Below the pieces are notes generated by a model, which was not told the DNA's origin, did no database searches, and saw only the letters and a list, made by a program, of their open reading frames with translations. A stretch of 63,267 nucleotides of DNA, the filler included, from Collodictyon triciliatum (Eukaryota), in the NCBI GenBank assembly GCA_043381765.1. It is 4 parts of 4 records of this genome, joined end to end, with 100 filler letters (N's around TTAATTAATTAA, not from the genome) between each part and the next. Parts side by side here need not be neighbours in the genome. Positions count along the whole stretch, not along the records: positions 1 to 24,473 come from JBHJMP010001084.1; positions 24,574 to 49,025 come from JBHJMP010001085.1; 2 more parts are not named here. One strand, 5' to 3'. Within the stretch, counting starts at the first letter, position 1. Every line of letters starts with the position of its first letter. Below, one piece after another: positions 15,694 to 25,827 of the stretch. The position numbers were made by a program, and so were the translations under genes.

Positions 15694-16125
15694 TATATTT
15701 TTTCACATTCTAGTTTGTTTTGCTGTTTTATAAGTCGAGGCACCCTAAGAGAGAGAGAGAGAAAGAAAGAAATAAAGATATATGACCACTAGCCAAAATA
15801 AAAAAATATGGGATGGAATGTATGGAAAGGAAAGCTTTTAAGTGTCTGAGTTCTCGAACTTTATCCAGAGTTTGTTATACATATATTAATTTAAGAAAAC
15901 TCAAATTAAGGCATTTAAAGGCAATGTTTCTGGTGTGAGTGTGTGTTTTTTGTTTTTATTTTTTATTTATTTTTTATTTTTTTTTATGGTTTATGTGCTA
16001 CAGGAAAAGTGGCGATGTCTAAACAAGGACAATCTTCGTGTGGTTTACTCGCTGGTTCAGGGTGACATAAAGCTCGCGGTATCTGTCCAATCCTAGAGGC
16101 AGTAAGATTAGAGTATAAGTACAGA

Positions 16126-17441
16126 CTAGCACAACGCACGAGTTCTCTCGACACTCATTACGTCCTGAAGCTGCTCACCTTCTATTGGGACGTAGCGATA
16201 GAAGGAGACCATGTAGAGGATGGCAAGTCCCTACATAGGTTGTGCCGTGATGTCAATGACATTGCTTGAAGTATATTTTGGTCTACTGAATACCCATTTC
16301 TGGTTGGATGTGAACGCATCAGTATGACGTGATTCTTATTACCTGCACGATAATGACCAGAAGTACCCACCAAACGGAATCGAGCCCCAGGCCTATCATA
16401 ATCACAAAGCCCAGAAGCTCCAATGTCAGGTATCCTATGTACTATGTGAAGAATTTGCTCTGGTTGGTTGGGAAGACGCCTCTTCAGGGTATGCAGCAAT
16501 GTAATCACAAAGTAAATAATAGGTTCAATTGAATCTCTCCTCCAATGCTACTGCTCTTATTCTCGATCAAAGTGCATTCACACAAAAATAAGGAAAATAT
16601 TTGTATCGTGGATTACAATAAGGAGTAGGTTGCGTTTGAAGTATATGGTAGCATATATCCCGATAGGGGAAAATAGGGCCGAGATGCCTTTCCATCCATA
16701 ATGCGGTACAAAAGCCCAAAAAACCGAGAACAGCTGTGGTATTTTAGTCCATTAAATTAAAAAAATAATGGATTGATATGGATAAGTCGACACTAAGGTA
16801 TAAAATGTATCTCTAAAACCGAATGGCAGTTAGGAGAGATGTATTCTTTTATCTTCAACGAATTAATAATGACCATGATGTGTTAGACACGATAGAGAAT
16901 ACAATAAACCAGTGTAAAATACATGATTTTCATAAATTGAAGCATATTGACGTGACACACGAGGGATTAGAGAAGAGATCGAAAAAAAGAACTGATAAGT
17001 GTCTAATCACAAAGTATGACTTCCCAACAAACTACATAGACGAATATCCAAGTAAGAAAAAAATTGAAGAGAAAAATAAATAAAATAATTAGAAGGATAG
17101 AAAAAGAAGAAAATAAATGAAAGTTTTTCCCCTACAAAGTGCAGCGCAGCATAATGGACAACAACTTTCCCCCACGACAGAATCTGCCAAAACTCCACCT
17201 CCAAAGGAGACACAATGGCAACCCCAACATCAATTGGTGCCGACCCCGAAGGCAGCATTTCCTCCCAGTCAGTCAACTGCCCTGCATATGTGCGACCCTC
17301 TGTCCCTCTGGACTCTCGACTCGCTGCCTGCTCGTGCTGCTCCTCCGGCCGCCTTTCTGTCTCTCCCATATCCACAGCCACATCGTCCATCGACGCAGCA
17401 TTTCCCGCCTGTCCGGACATTTCCTGTTCGGCACAGAACAT
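16126..17441 (-). CDS. Uncharacterised multi-pass (about 4 TM) membrane protein, 4 exons, ~201-208 aa
   Basis: Exons 17441-17136, 16733-16617, 16441-16343 and 16230-16126 join in phase 0 through GT-AG introns. An acidic N-terminus is followed by hydrophobic segments (VVVHYAALHFLFSVFWAFV, ISALFSPIGIYATIYF, LLLIYIGYLTLELLGFVIMIGLGL, VWWVLLVIIVQGLAILYMVSFY), ending RALC-TAG. Confidence 0.75.
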
Positions 17442-17922
17442 GATGAGTTGAAGCTTGTGTCTGAGTGCTCGCTCTTGCGCTCCGTTTCGCAGCGGAACAC
17501 GACCCCAGCAAAGCGCTTCCAGCTAGTGTGAAAAGAGCAAAGGGTTTGTGTGTGTTTGTTTGTTTGATGAAGCCGTGCAATCTATTATCCAAATATGTAT
17601 GTAGATCAATATTGTACTAAATGTACTATATTATATTCTTGTTCCGAGAAAGTGAGTCATTTGCTATGTCTGGAATATATTTTTCTTGACTGCTTTCGTC
17701 TCGATCCTTCCCTCGATCGGCTTGCAGTTACATAATTGCTGCGTTCAACAAACACGCAAATGAACTCGCAGCAGTACCACTTTAAACATTAAGCTCTTTG
17801 CCGCTAGATATCGTCAGTGAGGCTCTGGCTTTTTGATTCACAAGATTAATGTAGTGTTCAGTTCACTTCAGCACCCTGACAAGATCCGAACCCTCGCAAA
17901 GACTAGACAACTACACCAAAAG

Positions 17923-19473
17923 ATGGGTTTGCTTACAATACTGAAGAAGGTCAAGGCCAAAGAAAAGGAAATGCGCCTGCTCGTCCTGTAAGCTCCTTGG
18001 CAAGCTTTGCTCTTCCATCCTTTATTCTTCTTTTTTTTCTTTTTTTTCTTTTTTTTCTTTTTTTTTCTTTTTTTTTTTTTTTTTTTTTATTCTACAAGTG
18101 TCGTCTCTTACCTGTTAAAAAGAGTCTTGCTGGGTCGCGTCGACGCCTCCAAAATAATGCTGTTTTGTGAACTTTTCCCAGTGGCCTGGATAACGCAGGG
18201 AAAACAACCATCGTCAAGCGGATCAACGGGGAAGACATCCATACGATCAGCCCGACTCTGGGCTTCAACATCAAGACGTTCACTTTCCCAACCGACGGAA
18301 CTGAGTTAGAATTATTTTTTTCCTTTATTCGATTCAAAGAGTTTGTTTGAATCATGATGATTAAAGAGAGAGAAAGAGAGAAAACAAAAGAGTAAAAACA
18401 ACAGAAATATTACTAAGAACAAACAAAACAAAAACATGCGAAGAACATATAGAAATGCTCCATACATGAATAAATATTGGGACTAGGGAGGCTTCTGTAC
18501 AATTATGCTTTGTGCCTAACGACACCCGCATACCCCAAAGATACAAACTCAACGTGTGGGACGTCGGAGGCCAGACAACCATCCGCTCGTATTGGCGTAA
18601 CTACTTTGAACTGACGGAGGGGCTTATCTGGGTGGTCGACAGTGCGGACCGGCGACGCCTTGCAGACTGTAGGGAGGAACTTCGGAAGCTTCTACTCCAG
18701 GAGGTAATTTTCTTTCTTTCTCATGGTCTTGGTACTTTCCCTTGTGTTGAACTATCGATTCTTTCGAGAGAAAAAAAAAACACAACTCATAAATCAGAAA
18801 CTGGCTGGTGCCACACTTCTCGTCTTTGCAAATAAACAAGACCTAAGTGGGGCCCTTTCTTCCGAGGAAATTGCTAAGGTCAACACTGGCCCTTATCTAT
18901 TCTTTTTCTTTTCTTCTTTTCTTTGTTCTTTTTTAACTGTTCCTTTTAACTGTTCTTTTTTCTTTTCTTTTTTCTTTTCTTTTTTCTTTTCTTTTTTCTT
19001 TTCTTTTTTCTTTTCTTTTTTCTTTTCTTTTTTCTTTTCTTTTTTCTTTTCTTTTTTCTTTGTTCTTTGTTTCTTTTCCTTTTTCTTCTCTCATTACGGC
19101 CATTTTTATTTATCAGTCAAAGTTCACTCTTTCTAAGGATATATTGAAAATTATATGTTACTTTAAAAATGAATCTGTTGCTGATGGAATCATATGTTAT
19201 CTCATTTAATTGTTAAATTCACCCATATGTGAATGCACTATAGCTTTCAGCTTAATTTTTGCTCTCTCGATGACTATAATTTTTTTTTTTTAAAAAAAAA
19301 AAAAAGACCCACACATATATCCTTGCTTAATTCTCTAGTTTTTGGAGCTGGACCAGATAGACGCGCGACACTGGCACATTCAAAGTTGCAGCGCAGTCAC
19401 AGGAGAAGGGCTGGAACAGGGGTTTGGGTGGATCGTGAGGGATATTGCTGCTCGCATTTACATGCTTGAGTAG
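17923..19473 (+). CDS. ARL2: ADP-ribosylation factor-like protein 2 (5 exons)
   Basis: [85 protein letters not shown]...[10 protein letters not shown]-stop. Confidence 0.95.
18315..18339 (-). mobile_element. Micro-element copy C (CTTTGAATCGAATAAAGG-A7) in ARL2 intron 2
   Basis: Exact reverse complement of the 18-nt core at 56311 and 58332. It starts 10 nt after the first base of the donor. Flanks GTTAGAATTA / GTTTGAATCA may be a decayed TSD. Confidence 0.6.
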
Positions 19474-20111
19474 GACATACCATATTTCATCGCTCGTTCG
19501 ATTTCCTCGCTTTCTTTTCTTTTTTTTAAGCCTATGAAGATGTTTCCAAAGGATATGTGTATATGACACCCTGGTGAATAAATCGTGGAGAATTTTTGAA
19601 AGAAATTTTATTGTTTAGTATAAGGCCACCTATTAAAAAAAAATTTGTTTCGTGATGTGGCTAATATAGTCCTAGTGGCCGCAAATATTTATCAGTGAGA
19701 GAATAATTGTGCGGTGAATGTATGGTCGCTTAGATGAGTTGTGAGAACACTGTTTAACTTCTGGAGATTTAGTGCACGCCATACCAGCTCTAGGGCACGT
19801 GCTTTTTATGTATTAAAATTATGTATTTTTTGGTTACGATGTATAGAATATTATCCGGTGCGAGTAGGTTTTATTATTATAAATATATTGGATACTCATG
19901 CGTAATCTCGAAATCAAAATACTTGTGTTGTACCAGGGAGTCCGATAAATATGAGAAAATTTCGCCAACTTTCAATAAGTGATACATCTCTTCGTGTAGC
20001 CCCTGTTGGTTGTTTTTTCTTTCTTGGTTTTCTCTCTGGGCGAGGGGGTGTCATTTTTCCTCGGTTTTATGGTGTAAGGAAAATAACAGGGGACGTGATT
20101 GTGATTAATTG

Positions 20112-20143
20112 TTTTTTTTTTTTCACTTTATTCAATTCAAAGT
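20112..20143 (-). mobile_element. Variant micro-element copy D (ACTTTGAATTGAATAAAGTG-A12), possibly the 3' end of a longer retroelement remnant
   Basis: Matches the core with one CpG-type transition and one extra base, followed by a 12-nt A tract. No TSD found. Confidence 0.4.
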
Positions 20144-20351
20144 GTTAGTCGTATATAATCTGATGTTTTGGAATCATAAACCCAATCTGAGAGGGAAGCA
20201 TTAAAAAGACCAGCTGTCTGTAGACTTCTGGAAATGGGAGAGTATGAAAGCAATTCATGATAATATCATTTACCAGACGCTGGCCACACCGAGTTCTTCT
20301 AGCATTAGATGATTGATAGTGGCCTGTGGACACTCGAGAAAAATACATGTA

Positions 20352-21684
20352 CTATGAAATGGACTTAAGTATTCCTATGATGTCTGTCATTGATGGCCGC
20401 TCCTTCTTGTCTGCATCCCAGGCTTTCTTCATTAAAGTGGAGTAATCTTCTGGCATCTCTGCGGGTATTTCTGGACGGATTCCTTGCATCAAATCATTCC
20501 CAACCTACAATAAATAATTAAAAATAATTAAAAAATTTCAACCCCTTCCAATAGTTTGAGGATGAACCCATATCTTGAAAAGAAGATAATCGTATTTTAA
20601 CGTACTCCATTTGGTTTTGGAAAGATTCAGGGTCTCTGGGGAAAATACATACTTTGATACCATTGCATCCATCAAAAGGAGTTTTGGTAGTCCATAGCTC
20701 CCACATTAAAATGCCAAAACTGTAAATGTCACTTTCTGCTGTGAGGGAGTCGCCTTTGTAAATATTGGGGTCTCGGTATACATAGTTGGCAGTGTCGAGC
20801 GATTGAGTGCGGAACTCTGCCTTTACTTTTTCGAATCCAAACTCACCAAGGCACACATTCCACTTCTCGTCCACCTGAACATTAAATGGAATTGTTACGG
20901 AAGAGGATTTTATATTTTGTTAGAAACTCCCACGGCAACTAATATTTCTTACATAAAATATTCATGTCCGTATGATTGCATATTACCTATCTCTCGAAAA
21001 ATAGACAAAATGGCATATTCAAATAAAAGTCGAAATATTGAACACATTTTTCATCAATAAAGAAATTATGACCAAACTACAAATACCCATATTGAAGCTG
21101 GTCGTATATTCAAATGTAGGATAGCAGGCTGTCTTGAGTGGAGATATTGAATCCCCTCTGCAATTTGTAGGAGAGTTGAATATTTTATTTTCTTCGGAGA
21201 GATACTTTTTGGATTTTTCAGAATTGTATCCAAAGTCCCTAAGGAGAAGTATTTGGTAACGTAACAAAAGTTTGCACTGTCAAAGCTGGCTGCGACTATG
21301 GGCATAATGTTGGGGTGCTTGGTAGACCTAGGGAGAGGGAACAGAGCTTGGGTATAGGTCGATGATATATGGTCAGAATAATATTTTGAATTATGAGACA
21401 TACGCGTTTCTCTTGATATCATCAACAACCGTGGCTCCATACTGATGAGAAAGAGATAGTTTGGCGTGGAACCTTGCCACCATCACAAAGTCCGACTCCA
21501 TTCTGCCTTTGTACATATTTGCATAGCCCATACTGGTGACGCAGTCCAATATCGCGAGTGACTTCGTCTTGTTTGGGTCGAATTCCTGCGTCTCGAAGGA
21601 GTAAAGTTGCACGGAGCCCAGGTCTTGGCCTTCCACTAGCGACTGGAATGGAGGCCTTTCTCCCTTTGAACAGATTCCACCCAT
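20352..21684 (-). CDS. TKL-like pseudokinase with predicted N-myristoylation (MGGIC), 4 exons
   Basis: Kinase fold landmarks are present (HPNIMPIV, IAEGIQYLHS, SDIYSFGILMWELWT, RPEIP, ERPS). Catalytic motifs are altered: HRD->HLN, DFG->EFG, APE->DPN, no VAVK lysine, no GxGxxG. Confidence 0.85.
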
Positions 21685-23197
21685 AGCCCTAGGTTGGTTC
21701 TTGGTCTTTTTATCATTATTATTTTTTATCTTTTTTTTCCTTCCTTTTTAGAGGGGAGGGAGGGAGGCACCGATGGTATTCACCTTTTTACAACCCCCCC
21801 CCCCCTTGAAACTAACGAACATGCTTGTCTTCACGCCCAAGAGGCACGAAAGAGAAAAAAACTTGACTTGAAGGAAATAGCGTTTTTTTTCTTCAATAAA
21901 CAGAGATTACAAAAGTACGGGTCAAGCAGACAGCCCAAGTCAGTATGTATGCTTCTTAAAGCCTTGCTCTTTGCAAACCCTTCAGGCAGCGGCGATCTTG
22001 TGAGCCAGCTAACTGTTTACTTTCTCGCCGCGGTGCCGCTCCGGTCGCCCTCTATGGCCACTTGCGGAAATTTGGCTGCACGGAAGACTCTGCGAAAGCG
22101 ATCAACTACGCGCCATCCGTTTGGCTTTGAAGGAATCTGCCGTGATGGCCAGCAAGAACTTTTTCTTTTTGTATGTCTTCGTCACTGAATTTTTAAATAA
22201 AATGCCAAATATAGCAAATGGAATTTTGTTGAAAAGCTTTCCTGCAAATGGGCGAATTCTTCGGAGTTCTTAATTTTGATATTTTTGGAGCTCATTTCGA
22301 TAACTGCGGATAGAGAATCCAGCCCGTCCCCGATGGTTGTGACTGTCGCGTGGGGAGGCATCCAACAAGTCTTTCTTCCTACAGAATGATGCCTTTGTTT
22401 GTCTGAAACAAGAAGACTCTTAATCGATAAAGGCCCGGTATATTTTTCCCATTCTATTTCTTATTTCTTTACTTTTCTTTTTCTCTCTTTTCTTTTTCTT
22501 TTTCTTTTCTTTTTTCTCTTTTCTTTTTTCTCTTTTCTTTTTTCTCTTTTCTTTTTTTCTCTTTTCTTTTTTTCTCTTTTCTTTTTTTCTCTTTTCTTTT
22601 TTCTCTTTTCTTTTTTCTCTTTTCTTTTTTCTCTTTTCTTTTTTCTTTTTCTTTTTCTTTTCTTTTTCTTTTTCTTTTTCTTTTTCTTTTTCTTTTTTCT
22701 TTTTTTCTCTTTTATCCTCGTTTGTAGTTAGGGAAGCAAAGGTCGAAGTTGTATTTCAGCACGCTGCCCAAGAGGCTGTATTGCACAAGGATTCCTTTAC
22801 TGGATAGATTTTATTCGTTCAGTCAAGTTGTCAGGGAAAGAGGAAGCACGAAAACTCCTCAATAACTACAGTATAGATTCCCTTGTGACTGCTAAGATTC
22901 TAGAGTCGTGGGGTGTATGGTATTGTTGGTCAACTAAGGTGTTGGATGCGCCAGTTCGGTTGTGAGCGCACTCTGGTTAATAAATCTGAGATACAAATTC
23001 CCCTACTTCGGCAACAGTGCCTTCCTTTTATCTGAAACAGCGCACTCTAAAATAGATAGCACTCTGCTTGTGTCCTAGCAAGTATGAGGTTATGCCATAC
23101 AAAGGATTGAGATATACTTTTGATTCTTTTGAAGATTTTGGAGTTTTTGTTTTTAGGGGAGCATCGATCAACAGTACAATAATTGGTTAATAAGACC

Positions 23198-24308
23198 TCA
23201 TAAGTCTGGTCCAGAGAGTGATTTAATCCCGGCGACGAGCGTCTGTGTGGAAGGACGAGTGGTTTTCTCTGTATCCCACGCTTTCCGAACCAAATCAGCG
23301 TAAGCTGCCGGCATGTCCGAAGGGATTTCAGGTCTCACCCCACGGCCAAGGTCATTCCCTACCTAATTGTGCCTCCTATTAGTATTATCATATTCTCACA
23401 AATACACGAGTAATATATAATATGGTGTACACTTGCGTGTATAGTAAGATGACAAAAATAGCAAGAGATAGATAATCGTGTGAAAAATAGGTGGATGACC
23501 AAAAGGAAAAATCGAAAATCGTGTGAAAAATATAAATCGAACGATACAAGAGTAAGATAAATTGATGAATGGAAAGCTTGTGCAAGTTCTTTTTCACCAA
23601 CCTTAACACTATTATATCCTTCAAAGGGAATTTTACAAGTCCATACTTCCCACATGATGACACCAATACTGTATATATCACTTTCGGCTGTTAGATGCCC
23701 ACCGGCAAACAAAATAGGATCTCTGTAGATTATGCTGTACGAATCGATAGATTGGGTGCGAAACTCTGCCTTGAACTTTTCGAAGCCAAACTCCCCCAAG
23801 CAAACATTCCATACAGCATCAATCTTAATTTACATAGTAAAAAATTCAAACAATGGATTTTCACTTAGTTTGGAGGAAATATAAAATTGGAAGAAAGAAA
23901 TGGGTCTAATAAGTGCGAGGTTAACCTGGCTAATATTCGTAATAATAATCATGATGATGATGATGATGATGATGATGGTAAGAATAACAATGCATATATT
24001 CATGATATCTCCTGACGAGCAAGAGTAGATGGCCAATTGTTTAACTTATACAATGAATTTAGATACCCATATTGAAGCTGGGCGGATGTTAAAATGAAAG
24101 ATGGCTGGCTGTCTCGAGTGGAGATATTGGACACCCTCTATAATTTGAATGAGTATGGAATATTTTATTCTGGGTGTCAGCCTACTTTTCGAATTCTTCA
24201 AGACTGCATCCAGTGTCCCCATAGAGAAATAATTCGAGACGAAGCAAAAGTTTGTGCTGTCAAAACTGGCCCCAATTACGGGCATAATGTTTGGGTGATG
24301 AATTTCGC
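23198..24308 (-). CDS. Paralogous TKL-like pseudokinase (5' exon lost at segment end)
   Basis: Same intron positions and motifs as its neighbour: HPNIMPVIGASFDS, FHFNIRPASIW, LGEFGFEKFKAEFRTQS, YRDP, SDIYSIGVIMWEVWT; TGA at 23198-23200. Confidence 0.82.
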
Positions 24309-24473
24309 TGTGGCATCAATTACAGGTTTTTAACAAATGAGTGATTCATCTTTGAAACAAACAAAAATTAATATGAAAAAGAAAAGGAAAAGGAAAAGGA
24401 AAAGGAAAAGGAAAAGGAAAAGGAAAAGGAAAAGGAAAAGGAAAAGGAAAAGGAAAAGGAAAAGGAAAAGGAA

Positions 24474-24573
24474 NNNNNNNNNNNNNNNNNNNNNNNNNNN
24501 NNNNNNNNNNNNNNNNNTTAATTAATTAANNNNNNNNNNNNNNNNNNNNNNNNNNNNNNNNNNNNNNNNNNNN
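24474..24573. other. Artificial assembly spacer N44-TTAATTAATTAA-N44
   Basis: Exactly 100 nt with a six-frame stop linker at 24518-24529; identical spacers occur twice more. Confidence 0.97.
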
Positions 24574-24584
24574 TGCTTTGTTAG

Positions 24585-24735
24585 CTTAGTTTACGAGGAC
24601 TTGGAGGCAAAAAGCCCCTCTAAAGTAACTGTGCTTGAAGATGGAATGACATCTTGGAAGGAATTAGAGAAGATTTTTCAACAAAAAACATTCAAGGAGG
24701 CCTTGCAATGGATAGACTACATGGAAACCAATTGA
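24585..24735 (+). CDS. Probable terminal exon of an unidentified gene cut by the spacer
   Basis: AG acceptor, then an open frame LVYEDLEAKSPSKVTVLEDGMTSWKELEKIFQQKTFKEALQWIDYMETN-TGA; no recognised motif. Confidence 0.35.
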
Positions 24736-25827
24736 TAAAAATTAAGAAATAATCAGAGTATGTTTCTTTGTTTCTTTGTTTCTTTATTTGAGAGAATGGC
24801 AATTTCATAGTTTGACCTTATCTATACCACGCGCTGTGAAAGACGTGGTGAGACCTTGGATACTAGCAGACCAGGCTTACCAATCGAAAAATTGGTACGC
24901 TCTTCCAAGTTGAGAAATAATCGGAAATGAAAAGCCAAGCAACAGAGTCAGCCATACCCATTTAAATTAATAAAAATGGAAATTAAAAATATATGATGTT
25001 TCCTTCACATATGGGCGACCATAAATTCGTCTATCTATATAATATAACTAATAATCAATTATCTTCATTCTAAACAATTTGTGACAACTATACATCAGCA
25101 AATTCCAAGGTGTTTGCAAAGAACCCACTATTTAAGCGCAACGGCCGTTACTTGTATTCCTACTTTGGCCAGCCCATTTCTTTCATAGAAATGATATTAA
25201 TTAAGAAATCCTCGAACGGAAAAAGAGCTGGGATGTCAACGCGTTAATTTCCAGAACAGCGTGTATGAATTGAATTATTCAAACCCGCCTGATTGATTGG
25301 CCGCTTCATTTCCGAGGCCCTGCTCTTGAGCACGCCAAGCAGCCAGCTACTTGCGCCCGAGTTAGATCTGTCTGTTGCGTAGTAGGCCATGAGGCCAATC
25401 ACTTGCAAGGCATCATCGACAAGGCAAAGCATTCAGCTGCAGCAAAAGCTGATCTTTCTAAGCATCGCACTGAGCGCCTCGCTAACCTTCAAAACCATTC
25501 TCAAGACATAAAACAGGATCCGCGGTGACTGGCAAGCGTGAAGCCGAACTCCTCTGACCTCGCAGCGCAATTGAGTATCCGGTATCTATTTTTTTTTTTT
25601 TGTTGGCCCTAATTAACAATGAAATATATAAATCTGTATAACAAGTAAGATAGGAACAATTAAAAAAAAGAAAAGAATAGAAAAAGAACGCAAAAAAAAA
25701 AACCCCCACTGTTATGATCTAGAAAAAGAATCCTTTGAAGCAAATAAAGGGAAAAAAAAGATCTAGAAAAAGACGAAGGAATAACAGAGACTCGCCCAAT
25801 TACACAGGACGCACATATCCGCAGCCC

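Noticed and set aside
15990-16540. Possible decayed transposon ORFs (16182-16508, 16329-16532)
   Set aside because: Explained by exons 3-4, introns and 3' UTR of the - strand membrane-protein gene.
24518-24529. TTAATTAATTAA palindrome recurring three times
   Set aside because: Always centred in exactly 88 Ns; an assembly linker with stops in all frames, not biology.
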